DNA of 64,000 bases, from positions 40,796,001 through 40,860,000 of the forward strand of contig NW_027266286.1 in the NCBI RefSeq assembly GCF_022045235.1, given 5' to 3'. The DNA comes from Haliotis cracherodii (Eukaryota). The notes beneath the pieces are model-generated. The model was not told the origin of the DNA, ran no database searches, and saw nothing but the letters and a program-made list of their open reading frames with translations. Of the stretch, positions 1-13,695 are shown in pieces. Positions within the stretch are counted from its first letter, which is position 1; each line of letters opens with the position of its first letter. Both the position numbers and the translations under genes were made by a program.

Positions 1-314
1 GGTCGTGACAATTTATCAAGCAACTGATATTTAACCATGTTAACCAATCTTAGAACATCTAAATAAGCCATAGCAAACCGTAAATTTTACAGAAAATACA
101 AAATTGTATCTGATTTTTTAATAATAATTCCTGTAGTGCCACAAGGCTCCACTGAAATTTTCTGGAATGTTTGCATTACATGAACAAGGAAGGGTAAACA
201 AGGCAATGCAAAATTGCATAAAATAGGTTCTTATACATAAAAACAGAACCATTCATAATTATCAAAACTTTCAATTACACAAGTCATGTAAGTCATCTCA
301 AAATACTATATAAT

Positions 315-472
315 GAGTGAGCAAGTTAGTATAGTTTCGCACGGCTTTTAGCAATATTCCAGCAATATCACTACAGGGGACACCAGAAATGGGCTTTCAC
401 ACAGTACCCATGTGGGGAATAGAACCCGGGGCTTCAGAGAATGCTTTACCCACTAGGCTACCCAATCATCCC
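315..472 (-). mobile_element. tRNA-derived SINE, family 1 (degenerate copy)
   Basis: Matches the copies at 42481, 50504, 56742 and 61254 (core tagcaatattccagcaatatcac...gggacaccagaaatgggct); (CACT)n-type tail. Confidence 0.75.
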
Positions 473-1837
473 AAATACAAAAGGAAGTAACGTTAGGATT
501 TCATACAACAGATATTTTCGCCAAATATCAAGTCAATATACAACTGATTGAATTACTGATTAGAGGAGCAAATACATTTCAATGAAGCAGCTGAAACAGG
601 CTTAATTTGAATCGTTCCTTGCTTTAGTTGCAATGGGAGCTCGAGCCACATTGGAAATAATAAGCTCACTTATTATTGATATTTTATATCTACCATTAAT
701 TGGTAGGCCAGAATAGACACTGATTAAAAAAATTCAACTGGAAAGAACCACCTGAACCATCAACTAAAAACTATGTATATTACATTTTAGGGACCTGTCA
801 TGTACTGGTATGTTCTTCTACATTTTTACACGACTCTCCCAGAAAATGAAAAATGAAAATCACTTTATATATTATTATCCATTTTTCATAAACCTTCCCC
901 AGAGACTGTCATATTTTTGGGTTGCCTTCCCTGTTTGTTCTGACCTTAATTCGGCTACTGGCAATATTCATGAGTAAAGTCATTATCATATTTTTATCAT
1001 TTACCCTATCGTTTTTGAAAATTAATTTAATATGAAGATTAACAATAACAGGAAAAACTGCCAAATTTATTGTTCTGGCAAAGTGTAATCATAATTAAAG
1101 TAGTTCTATTCGGTTTGGGAACTTTTCAATGGTAATTGTAAATAAATGTGTATATTTCCTATTCGAATACTCATTTGAGTGCTATAAAGTTAAACAGTAT
1201 TGGATCTATCGTCTGTTTCTAAATACAGTGGAACCCAACTTTGACTTGCGTGACATAATTAAATAATACCCCAAGTTCTTTATGCATTGCTATGCATTGT
1301 TATGCATCTGCATAGAGTGGCCAAAGTCCTTGTCTGACATATAGTTTGCTACAAGGGAGAATCCATTAAGTACAGGTTGTGTCCAGACAAACTGTCTGAT
1401 AAACTTAAAGGCGGCCTTGGTAGCATCAAGGATGTAGCTAATCCTAAATAAATATTAAACAAGTGACCACATCACTTCTACAGAACATATGATCAAAGCC
1501 TGCCCCACCTTTGGTGTATATCATCTCGCTACGCTCACAACAGCTCATCAGCAAGACGAACTCAATGTCAACTCATTGTGGATTAGGGATTAACAGGGCA
1601 ATTAGTGTCGAGTGGGTATTATCACTCGCAATTGTCCGTTAATTACTTAATTGCATAGTGACGGCTTCTCCAAATTAAGTAAGCAGCCCTAAAAGCCCCC
1701 AACATTAAAAACTCAACCAACCCCGCCCAAAAAGTAAATAATCTCGCCAACCACTTTTCGACCGTTAGCAGTAACACCAACTTTAGCCAAAAATTACAAG
1801 ATAAACTTAAAACAGAAAAAAACAAAACATGCACAAT

Positions 1838-3303
1838 ATGTCTGGAGTTAGATGTTGTGTTAGTCCCGGTGCTGGGGCTCTGTACGGGGGTGACACAGGC
1901 ACAGCATGTCCCTATGGTCTGGAGTTAGATGTGGTGTTAGACCCGGTGCTGGGGCTCTGTATGGGGTTGACACAGGCACAACATGTCCCTATGGTCTGGA
2001 GTTAGATGTGGTGTTAGACCCGGTGCTGGGGCTCTGTATGGGGTTGACACAGGCACAACATGTCCCCATGGTCTGGAGTTAGATTTGGTGTTAGACCCGG
2101 TGCTGGGGCTCTGTATGGGGATGACACAGGTACAACATGTCTAGAGTTAAGTGTGGTGTTAGACCCGGTGCTGGGGCTCTGTATTGGGGTGACACAGGCA
2201 CAACATGTCCGTATGGTCTGGTGTTAGAAGCGGTGTTAGACCCGGTGCTGGGGCTCTGTATGGGGATGACACAGGTACAACATGTCTAGAGTTAAGTGTG
2301 GTGTTAGACCCGGTGCTGGGGCTCTGTATGGGGGTGACACAGGCACAACATGTCCGTATGGTCTGGTGTTAGAAGCGGTGTTAGACCCGGTGCTGGGGCT
2401 CTGTATGGGGATGACACAGGTACAACATGTCTAGAGTTAAGTGTGGTGTTAGACCCGGTGCTGGGGCTCTGTATGGGGGTGACACATGCACAACATGTCC
2501 GTATGGTCTGGTGTTAGAAGCGGTGTTAGACCCGGTGCTGGGGCTCTGTATGGGGATGACACAGGTACAACATGTCTAGAGTTAAGTGTGGTGTTAGACC
2601 CGGTGCTGGGGCTCTGTATTGGGATGACACAGGCACAACATGCCCGTATGGTCTGGTGTTAGAAGCGGTGTGAGACCCGGTGCTGGGGCTCTGTATGGGG
2701 ATGACACAGGCACAACATGTCTAGAGTTAAGTGTGGTGTTAGACCCGGTGCTGGGGCTCTGTATGGGGATGACACAGGCACAACATGTCTAGAGTTAAGT
2801 GTGGTGTTAGACCCGGTACTGGGGCTCTGTATGGGGGTGACACAGGCACAACATGTCTGTATGGTCTGGTGTTAGAAGCGCTGTTAGACCCGGTGCTGGG
2901 GCTCTGTATGGGGATGACACAGGCACAACATGTCTAGAGTTAAGTGTGGTGTTAGACCCGGTGCTGGGGCTCTGTATTGGGGTGACACAGGCACAACATG
3001 TCCGTATGGTCTGGAGTAAGATGTGGTGTTAGACCCGGTGCTTGGGGTCTGTATGGGGATGACACAGGCACAACATGTCTGGAGTTAGATGTGGTGTTAG
3101 ACCCTGTGCTGGGGCTCTGTATGGGAGTGACACAGGCACAACATGTCCCTATGGTCTGGAGTTATATGTTGTGTTAGACCCGGCGCTTGGGCTCTGTATG
3201 GGGAGGACACAGGCACAAAATGTCCGTATGGTCTGGAGTTAGATGTTGTGTTAGACCCGGTGCTGGGGCTCTGTATGGGGTTGACACAGGCACATTCTGG
3301 AGT
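1838..3303. repeat. Minisatellite of about 20 monomers (77 and 68 bp), partly a 145-bp dimeric higher-order repeat
   Basis: Monomer starts (atgtc) at 1906, 1983, 2060, 2137, 2205, 2282, 2350; core gtgttagacccggtgctggggctctgtatgggg-tgacacaggcacaac. Confidence 0.95.
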
Positions 3304-5359
3304 TGTTCTCAGTGTACAGTTATATGGGCCTTCACGTTCTCTCAGGGCGAATCTTGAATTTTCCGCGACCATATGTTCCTGGCACTCACGAGGGGCGCAA
3401 CTGTGCACAGCGAATTGAGACGACTGGGCCAACAATTCCCCGGCGTCATGCTGGAGTGTGTGAGATTCAACAAGGATCGTTTTCAACACTACACACAGGA
3501 AGGATAATTCAGCAACGTGAGTATAACACTGCGCAGATGATGAAATAACAGCAGATTAACCATGTAGCTACCTTGACTTCACTTCCGACACCAGTATAAA
3601 ATATGAATACAATTGCGTGTTTGGGGATTCGAACGTGCAACCAACATGCGGACACATATTAAAGGGCCGACATTTACACATATACAGTGATATATTTATA
3701 TTTATCTAAACATTCTCAACCTGATTACCATATAATCAGACACAGGTTTCGGTTATCACCAATTAGACATGACAATCATTGCATAATGTTAAAGTGCAAT
3801 AACATTGACAAACGGCAAACTAGTGCATCAAAATTGAATGGATAAGAATTACAATGACCATAGCAAGAATGATGGCGCCTCAAATAACGCAGAAATCTTT
3901 CAGCAGCTGGTGATAATGCCATTTTGCTTGGAAAGACAACACATTTGGACGGATTTTATTCTGATGTTATTGGATTTGGACAATAAATCCCAAACTACCA
4001 CTCACTCCGTTTGTTAATTGCTCGGCGTGTCTCCGTCCCTTGATGATAAATATGTATAATCTTTAGTATGTGTTATTGTAGTGCAGTTGATTTAAACATA
4101 TTGAAATTTCGTCATTACGAATTTTTATTTTGTGTGAGGAATAATTTAATTGATACCATATGTTCAATTTATGTATTCATAATAAACATATAAATATGTT
4201 GATTCAGTCGAACACTACAGTGCTGGTTGTTCTGAGTAACAAGGTAAGAACTGCTTCTGTTCTGATTTCTCTTGCATTGCTTGATGTAAGTGGCTGAGGT
4301 ATGTCTTCATTGAAACAACAAATACTTTCTGACGATAAGGTGCGTGGTTGGACATTTCTATATAAGAAGCGACGTTCCGGTGTAGGTTGTAACACCGATA
4401 TAGAGCAGGACATTTTACCCAATCAGCTGAAGAGACCTGTTAGGTTAGACTTGGCCTGCACCGGATACACGTCAAACGTATGGTCTAAATAATGTGTTGT
4501 GGGCGATCTTGTGTTATTTATGGCAAACATCGTCTAGATCAACTCAAAGTGTGATACTAGATACATGTCAATATAAAACATCATACTCGAGTATCTGCCG
4601 AAACGGATTCCATTGGGCGTGAGAGGCGAAATAGCGGTGACAATATGAATAGATCATTGAAAATCAGTAGTGACACCAAGTGTTTACGAAAGGTAAGCCT
4701 ACCTCCTGGCCTACTGGTAGCACAAGCCACTCACATAATTTGCATAATTTACTATACTCACCAGTCACACATCCGCCCTAGGTTCATCTCAATCAAGGGG
4801 CCATGGCTAAAGGGTGATGAAAAAAGAACAGTACAACAGCAATCATTATCTCATAGATGTGATATCAAAACTAGATCAGAAGGCATGCAATTTATCCATG
4901 CAGAAACTAGTGGTTGCATCAGCCTCGGTGGGACAGAAGTCAGTGATGCATACAGAAAAGATATCTCGCCCAAAACACCTGGCATAAACACGGCAAATGT
5001 ATCTTTGCATTGTCATTGTTGATGCATTGTTGTTGCATTATGACGTTATGTAAAATCACTTCCAACCATTCTCTTCATACAGTGAAACACCTCCAGGCCG
5101 GAAGTCTTCATATAAGAAATGTTGCATTACTACTAACCAACAATTTGTAAATCAGGAAATATATACATTGGGATTAACGGCTTCCACTGCACCTATACAG
5201 CAAATATAAGACAGCTGACAGGAAAAAGGATAGAAATACAAGCAGAAAAAATGTATTGAAATTATTATGGAAACCGTTTAAATAACTACCTTGAATCACT
5301 AGATCCACATCAGCTCCATATCAGCTCTTAAAATAGTCGCAAACTGGTGACCCTGTTTT

Positions 5360-5572
5360 ATTTGTTTGTTTCTTCACGCCTCACGCAATATTCCAGCTAT
5401 ATAACGGCTGGACCAGACAATCCATTGATTGGCATTATGAGCATTGGGATACGATGCATGCATCAACCAAGTCAGCGAGCCTGACCTCCCGATCCCGTTA
5501 ATCGCCTCTAACGACAAGCTTAGTCGCCTTTTACGGCAAAGGTTACTGAAGACGTGACCTGGCGACCCTGAA
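5360..5572 (-). mobile_element. SINE-like interspersed repeat, family 2
   Basis: Shares aaccaagtcagcgagcctgacc...gatcccgtta.tcgcct and the (AAAC)n tail with copies at 6000, 39270, 46075, 49586, 51268, 54861. Confidence 0.75.
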
Positions 5573-5811
5573 GATATACCTTCGATATAAGTCACATTAT
5601 CTGTTGTTTGATGTGAGTACGTTATTCTTATTGTCGCCCTATTTTCAATGAATTACGTTTTTACAAATATTTAAGTTTCGGTAGAAATCATTTTGAAACT
5701 TAATAGGAAGGCAACAACGTTACACAACAGGCTAGTTTAGAAACAACAGTAGGGGTGACTACCGGGCCTAAGGTCCCTAGGCATATATACAGCCAAGTGT
5801 ACTGAACAGTA

Positions 5812-5967
5812 TAGATATGCAAGGCTATTCCTTGGTACTAGGAGGGTGTATACAATTCTGGACTTCAGTCCACTATACATGTTGAAATATTGTCAACTTG
5901 TACAATGGATTGGAAGTCCGAATGGAAATACACCCTTCTATTCCCAGGGAATATCCTTGCATATCTA
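5812..5967. repeat. Imperfect palindrome of about 155 bp (probable non-autonomous DNA transposon remnant)
   Basis: tagatatgcaagg...gagggtgtat...ggacttc pairs with gaagtcc...atacacccttc...ccttgcatatcta. Confidence 0.7.
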
Positions 5968-5999
5968 ACAGGTCCACCTTAAAAATTGTCTAACAACAA

Positions 6000-6172
6000 C
6001 CCAGCTTGTCATAAGAGGCGACTAAATGCATCGGCCACATGGTTGATAGCATGTCATTGTATCCCAATTGCGTGGACAGATGCTCATGATACCGGTCACT
6101 GGATTACCTGGTCCAAACTCGATTATTCGCAGATCGCCGTCATATAACTGGAGTGCTGTCATATTACTGAGT
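6000..6172 (+). mobile_element. SINE-like interspersed repeat, family 2 (partial)
   Basis: taagaggcgactaa...cactggatt..ctggtcca.actcgattatt matches the other family-2 copies. Confidence 0.65.
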
Positions 6173-6211
6173 GCAAATGATATATTGTCAATATGTTTGC
6201 ACAGTACCAAG

Positions 6212-6669
6212 ATGGAATTGAAGACGCAGTTTATCTGTCTCCAGATCGTGTTTTTGCTGATATCCCGTGAGTATGGTAACAATTTGTTGTAATTTCGGTG
6301 AAAAGGCCAAGAAGACCACTGTGTTTGTGGTATTTGTTTCAGCTGGTATTATGACAACTGCTGACATTTCATAATACCGATAATCGTATTCACATTTACA
6401 GTGGCTGCAATAGTTCTACATGAGTCAATACTTCTAACTAATTGCCGTCATCAATTGTTCATGAAGTATTATATTTTCAGTCACCCCTGGGTATGCTATC
6501 TTCTTCTATCACTACACGGACAAAGCTGGCGTGGACGCTATAGAAAAGAGTGGCTACATACGACAGAGCACAAATCCGAAATATGCTCATTTTGGAAATG
6601 GTATGTATAATGCAAATCATATTACAAACGCGAGGTTCATGATTACATGCATATTTATAGGGACACGCA

Positions 6670-6713
<44 letters not shown>

Positions 6714-7401
6714 TGAGTGTGATTCCACACTAATGCCGCTTTTATAGTGCTAGCCCACTGAGATACCATACCGTAGTTCAACATGAATACCCCACTCAGA
6801 CACAGTATACTGAACAGTCCTTGTTTTATCCCCTTATCGACGAGCGCAAGAACAAGTATAATCGTTTAAAGTCTTGTGTACTATATCATTGATAAACGTT
6901 ACCTTTATGTCAAAATGATAAAAATTTAAATATCCTGTCAAGGAAAGGACAAGGTATCAGATGGACCCTTTTCCAACGGGGTCTGCATGCAATCACAAAT
7001 TTCAAAAATGTTAAAAATTAACTTTATTTGTATGAAAGCTGTGAACGAGTATTAGACTTTCATCATAACAACACTTTCATATTTTGGCTTTAATGACGTA
7101 CACATTTTTTGGATCAAGGAAGCGTCACCGAGAACTGTTTGTATCAGCGCCTTACTGACAATCTCTAATGATTTCAGGAGTGTATGGCACTGGAATGAGT
7201 CCTGCATTGGGCAAGGCGGCAATTGCTAAAAACAACTACCAAGGCGGATGGGAGGCTAACTTGAGAAGAGGGCGAGTAGATTATGCATTCAGGTTCGACT
7301 TGCCCAGTAATAAAGTGAATCGGGTATCAAAGGATCGTGACATTCTCCTGTACAAAGGTGATCTCATTCTCAAGGACAACCCCTATAAAGTGTACCCGTG
7401 A
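6212..7401 (+). CDS. Secreted Tox-ART-HYD1-like ADP-ribosyltransferase, 132 aa; exons 6212-6266, 6481-6600, 7178-7401
   Basis: GT-AG phase-1 introns join in frame: MELKTQFICLQIVFLLISLTPGYA (signal-like) IFFYHYTDKAGVDAIEKSGYIRQSTNPKYAHFGNGVYGTGMSPALGKAAIAKNNYQGG...RVDYAF...RDILLYKGDL. YHYT, IxxSGxI and FGxGVY motifs as in Tox-ART-HYD1; paralogous to 16787-17938. Confidence 0.82.
6676..6720. repeat. (TG)n microsatellite in intron 2 of the ART gene, followed by a family-3 SINE remnant (to about 6880)
   Basis: Direct reading; tatagtgctagcccactgagataccat is shared with the 62525-62855 copy. Confidence 0.8.
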
Positions 7402-9739
7402 AATTCACAGTGTCGTTGATATCTTTCGATATGAATATCGATGTTGTTAAATAAATAGTCAACCCTTATTAACACTTGTTGTTTGTTCTTTGGTCTTCTA
7501 CCACAGATAACGAAAAGTGTATTTTGTATTTGTGGAAAAATTAGTTTCAGGGAAACACATTTCAATTAACAGATATTATGACATCGTTTTAGTGAAATAT
7601 TGCCAGCATATCTTTAGGCATGATACAAAATTTAGAAGATTGACAAGATGATTCTTCAGCACCAATGACCAATGATACACTTGTGAGGTTGTAGTAGTAT
7701 GTTGTAGTATTCCAGTAAGGATAAATGTAGGTGAAGCTGAAATACCAACAGCACAGCAAGTTCTTATTAGTTAATAGACAATGAGAAAATGAACTAATTT
7801 CATAGGCAGTGTTCAAGTAATTCTGATTAAAATTAAGAATTCAATTTCAAGAATTAATTTTTGTAAATAGTTAAATAAGGGCATTTAGCCCGTAGATGTT
7901 CACAATACAGTTTGTTTTTCAAACCTTTTTGGCTCTTCACACAAACTTACGCGCTTCAGATGACCAGAAACTGTATATATGTATTACCATATTATTAATG
8001 TTTATAGATTTTACTTGTGAATTATCAGGACTATGGTGCGTTTGACATTGTTCGGACTTACACTAATCCCGGGCGGAACTACTTTAAATACAAACTTAAC
8101 AGCAATTCAATCCTAGTCACGGCGTTCCATCATCCACAGGAGAAGAGGTTCGATTGACGCTTACACCTTGGTGAATCCCACCTACACAACTAATGTTACC
8201 ATAAAGGATTAATTATAATTTGGACGAATCTGAGATTCATCCCAATTCTGTGAGCAAATCGAAGTATTTCACAAAACCTTTTGATACCAATTGGGATCAC
8301 AACTTTAATTTCATTATGGATGCTGTCGATATTTTGCCCAACAATGGACCGATAGAGATAGGCGCCTGTTGAATGTCTTGCAGAGAGGGTTAAATCTGTG
8401 TATGATGTTATCATTGGTAGTATGCACAAACTGAAAATGTGGAAACATAATTCGAATAAACCCATTCTGTTCCATACAGCTGTTAACCAAATTTTGGCTG
8501 CCCAAAGTAAAAAGCTTCCAGTTGTTCCAACTGACAGTGCCTCAAAATATCATAAACATTGCATGTCAGCATCACTACATTAATTGTTTGATCAAGAACT
8601 TGGTATAAATGACACATGAAATAATGCCACATAAAAGCCCAGTTTGTTAACTAAGGAAACAATCTGCCACATCAAAATATCAGTACTATAAGCCTTTGGC
8701 TTGACACTCAAACCCGAAGACGTGTCAATTCCTCTTTTGTACTGGATTTCAAAGCTCCAAAAATATCCACACACAGAGACAAATATTGCTTGGTTCAGCC
8801 AATTTCTCAAAGATTACCATACTCATTGATACTACCAGGGAAGGCCTTTCTTCTGTTCACAGAAAGTATTTTTGACAGGTGGAAGTAGTATTGTGTAGAT
8901 TCTCAAAAACTCACAGGATTTGCTTGATTTGCTTGATGTCTCACAAGTTCAATTATGTTTTGATTTTCACTTTGTACTCCACTGTTCCAAACGACAAACC
9001 CAAACAAAACCTTTATTCTGCAACCCTTGGGGCATTTTCAATAAACGTGCAGTGTCTCTATTTTCAGGATAATTTTTCAAATATGAAATCAAGTGTCCGT
9101 ATGTGCAATCGGATCCAAGTCTTCGGCGTGACAAGCGAACGTTTTAACCACAGATTATCACCGCCCCAAAAATGTATATAAAAACAAAACAATATTACAA
9201 TGTCATACACATCGAGTTGCGGTTTGAGTCAATAACTCAATAAGGGTTGTTGTAAATGATAATACATCCAACACCACACTCTCACTCCGTTTGTTAACTG
9301 CAAGATGCGCCCCACGCTGTTGATCATAATCTATAGTATGAGATGTTGTTGTTGCAAAATTGCCAACTTGAATGTTGATTTGTGTGATATGAATAAATTT
9401 AATGGATACCAAATGTTCTATTTCTGTAAGTGTCTAAGAGCGTACGTTTCGGCCCTCGGATGGTAGCTCAGGGTGATGACGGAAGACAAAACTCAGGTGT
9501 GAAGTTTAAGACGACAGCAGACATGTTTATTGTTGATGGGTTGGAATAAGTCGATAGGGTACAGCTTGATAATAATGTAACGCACATCGGGACCGAGTGG
9601 TCAATGTTCCCGGTGCGGGTACCCGCTTCTGTGTATTCTCTGGCATTAAAAGACATTAATAGATAGCGCTACGGATTAAATGTCCCGCCTGGAGGGGCAT
9701 TAAAGGTCCTGCTTATAATTGGAGGAGATACGCCGAATG

Positions 9740-10167
9740 TTTCCTAAGTTAAACTCACACCTTCACCAAATTTCAAAACACCAAACCGGTAAATGCCTCC
9801 ACTGCAACTTAAAAGAAACGCCTGAACACGTAATACTATACTGCACACATTACCAGCAACACAGAAACAAAACCCCAATCCACACAAAATTGCAACAATC
9901 AAAGCACTAGGCATATATCTAATCAAAACAGGCCTACTTGGCCGCATTAAAAAAAAGTACAGCAAACAAACTGCCAATAAACCCTAAAATTCTAAACCTA
10001 TAATAACACACAAACTGCACAAAGTCCCCCCCCCCCCCCTCACTTAGGTTGCCTCGCCTTTTCGAACATACCCTTTTCGACCAAACACTAAATGGCCTGG
10101 CGTGCCCGTGCGCAAAATACTCATATGTCGGAAAGCGCACGTTAAATTCCCAATTCAAGTAAGTAAG
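9740..10167 (+). mobile_element. 5'-truncated non-LTR retrotransposon (I/Nimb-like): ORF2 C-terminal zinc knuckle plus 3' UTR
   Basis: LNSHLHQISKHQTGKCLHCNLKETPEHVILYCTHYQQHR is the C-x2-C...ETxEH-x4-C knuckle typical of I-group LINE ORF2 ends; followed by a C-rich UTR and a (AAGT)n tail. Confidence 0.7.
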
Positions 10168-11443
10168 ATTGTTTGCTGTATACAATTGGAATAGAATTTC
10201 GGTGCATTTTAGAAACATATTGATACAATTAGGTATTTTGGATAAATTAAGAAAAGTAAAGAAATGGTTTGCACTATAACAATACCCCTAAACGTCATGG
10301 AGATTTTGTCCTCAAGGGCGTTTTAAAAATAGTGACAATATTTAGTACAAGTATACAGTAAAATGCATGTGACATCAACAGGTTGACAAGTAGTTGTTCC
10401 AAGCACTGGTCGTGACTCAGATGAATAAAATGACATTAGATAAGATATACATGTTGTACAAGTAAACAAGTGAATAACAGCATTGTCAATATCCGTGAAA
10501 CAACTATTCATGACATCAACAAGTTGAGGAGGTTATGGCTCGTACACACAAAATACAGGTGAGCGGAGATTCCGGTTCATACACAAAGAACACTGGAAGA
10601 GTTTCCACCGAGCGGCACATCCTTTCCGGGTCGCCCTTGCAGTCGAAATACAAGACTGCTAGATACATTTAGTATCACAGGTATCACATTGAAACAGACA
10701 ATAAACATAAGATACACTGAAGACGTAGGGACAAAAACATAATGTGCGTAAAGAATTGTCGTTTGCATATGAAAGTAATATTTTCATGATAACAGTAAGT
10801 GTCCAGACTCGGCAAGGGTAGCAGGTGTGAGGAGTGACCTGCGCTAAAAAGTAGAATGTGCATGCAAAACCTAACCAACTTCTTAAGTCTAAACTGGAAT
10901 GTAATGATATTTGAACGAATCATATTTTTTTGTGCCCGAGACCATTAAAGGTTTGATCGCACGAATGTACATCAAATGAAGCACAAAATCACGCTGACAA
11001 AACAAAGAGTTAGGATACAGCCCGTATACACAGCCTCCAGCTTGGTAATCAACGAGTATCCCTAACTTATTATACTTCTACAATCGCTGCTACTATATGG
11101 AACCATTTTATCTGTTTTCATAATGGGTACAAATAATTTCAGTACTTACATACTCAAAAAGGAATAAATGAAGATACATGTATAAGCAGTAAATTGCAGG
11201 CTATTGGGTAACTTTTTGAAAGCTATTATCTATAGTAATGTTTATGGGGCCATAAATTAAAATAAGGATGAACCTCTGGTAACAATACACAGATTGCAAT
11301 ACATACTCATTATAGAAAAACATGGCAAAAGTTTAAGACAACGAAACAATGACTTAATTATATAACATACCTTATATGAACAAGGATGTCCGTGAGAATA
11401 TGTATAAGCATAGTACACGTTGAGGTTTCGAACGAAAGTTCAA

Positions 11444-12738
11444 ATACACAAAGAAAAAAGTTAAGCACACCCTAATATATTTCATTATTGTTTGGTCCCA
11501 AATTTGTTACAGTCAGGAAAGATATAATTACGGGAAGAATTATGTTTTCTCGAGATTATGTAATGAGTCATGCGTGACGAAAGCTCACGTGCCATGCATG
11601 GTATGCCCGTGCAGCATGCTACCCTCGAGTATCTCTAAAAGCAGTATATCCAAACGTTATAATTGCTTTCTTAAGCTCGGTTTTAAACAGTTATTCCATG
11701 ACATTGTGTGACCATGACACGAAGGCGATTATCAAACCTCACAAGATGGCAAAAAATCGGCATGCATAATGCAGGAATGTCTTGTAATGTCATTGGTCGG
11801 GATTTGGGGTATCATCACACTGTTGTAAGACGTTTGGTCGAGAAACATGCTCAGACCGGTGATGTACAGGACCGTCCCAGATCCAGAGGACCTCCTGTGA
11901 CGACGCATCGCGAAGACTCGCATGCCGAGAACCCTTTTTAACAAGTACTCATCTGAAACAGCTGTGGTTGCCAAAACGTCGTTTCAGCACCAGAACTATC
12001 AGGAACCAGCTGAAAACAGCAGGAATGAGGGCCAGACGAGTCATGAAGCGTCCCTTTAGGAGAGATCACCACAAAGCTGCTCGTTTAGCATGGTGTATTG
12101 TGAGACAGAACTGGAATCTGAGAACTTGGAGACGGATCCATTGGTCAGACGAAAGTGGCTTTTTGCTCCACGTCGCTGATGGAAGAACGAGAGTTTGGAG
12201 GCACCGGAAAATGGCCTACACCCCAGGAACATTAAACCGACTGTTGCATACGACGGGAGCTCACGACGGGAGCTCAGTAATGGTTTGGGCGTGTACCTCT
12301 CATGATTGCAGGTTGGATTTGGTCACCATCAAGGGGGAACTGAACAGGGGCTCAGTACATCCGGGACGTTTTGAAGTCAAGTCGTTGTTACTCATTTTGA
12401 CAAACACCATCTTGCTACTCGACCTCAGTACATGGATGACAATGCGAGGCCTCATCATTCGCATACAGTCGTGGATTACATGAGGGCAAATGCAATAACG
12501 ACTCTACCCTCGCTAACAATGAGCCCAGATTTGAACCCCCTTGAACATGTTTGGGAAATTCTGGGGCGGCGCATACAGGCACGAGATCCTCCTGTACAAG
12601 ATTTACGCCACTTGGAAGCAGCATTGCATCAGGAGTGATTGTTGTTGACCCATCAACAGATCCAACGTCTGACTGGAGGTATGAGACATAAAGTGTAATG
12701 CGTCATCCAGGCACGTGGCAGTTATACCCGCTACTGAT
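11444..12738 (+). mobile_element. Decayed Tc1/mariner DD34E transposon; frameshifted transposase at about 11714-12738
   Basis: HTH region, WSDES, SVMVW, DDNARPH followed by 34 residues to E in SPDLNPLEHVW; probable left TIR tacacaaagaaaaaagttaagcacaccc near 11444; right TIR not found. Confidence 0.9.
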
Positions 12739-13695
12739 CTGTTTCATGTGTCATGTCAAGTAGAATATTGATGAATATTGTCTGGATGTTATTGTCAATA
12801 ATTATCACGATTGCTGGTTCAGGCTGCTGACATTCAGGTAGGCTGGGCTGTCTGCCTGTCGTCTGTCAAGATGGTGGCTACGATGCTTTTTTCACCCATC
12901 ACCTCTGAACTACCATTTGCTTTGCTGCGGTAGGTTGGTAGGGGGATCGTGCATGAGTCACAGCAAACTCACGATACCCGGATTCTCCACCATTTATAAT
13001 AAACCTTATGACCTGTATAATACCTTTAAGGTTTACGTTTGGTCTAGGCTGATTATAATACCTAGAATTTGTTGTCGGGGAATTAGCTTGGAACCGCACA
13101 CCTTACGACAACAAAGAGAAGCATCTATTAGTGGCCAGTCTTTATTCGGTATATCTCATCAGTGAGGTACCCTGAATATAGACTGTTAATTATACCACAG
13201 ATGCTCTTAGGTCATGACATGGTCGCATGTTCAATTATCACTAACTTTAACAATACCTACACAATGTTGCTAATCTAATGTGCTGACTGTCTGAATTTAG
13301 AGGTTACCTCACAGTTTTGAAGGACATGGGTTTGCAGAAATGACTAAAATGACATAAGTTTTCTCGGAGAGAATGTTATCACAGAATAATGTTTACTTCT
13401 CTCGCCGGACATGTAGTCTTAACGATTAGCATATAACCCTTATACACTTAATCTTGGGAATGAAGGCAGGCGTATATCAACATCGACTGATAGTAGACTT
13501 CGGATGGAACATGCATGTAGCAACGAAACGAACAGTGAAGAAGATGATCGCAGAGCACCAGACATCATCCTGGACCCATCGTCTGAAGATAGACCCGGAT
13601 CTATGTCACTTCGATGAGATCCAACTCAGCATCAACCACACATGGCATGGTCAGTAGCTGTAACTTTCCCATGGAGGAATATAGATAAAAACTAT

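Noticed and set aside
1838-3303. CRISPR-like appearance of the regular repeats
   Set aside because: No unique spacers, no cas genes, eukaryotic context; it is a tandem minisatellite
3940-9412. Weakly similar patches at about 3995-4075 and 9275-9345, and possible old LINE remnants at 7560-9050
   Set aside because: Too degenerate to assign a family or boundaries by eye
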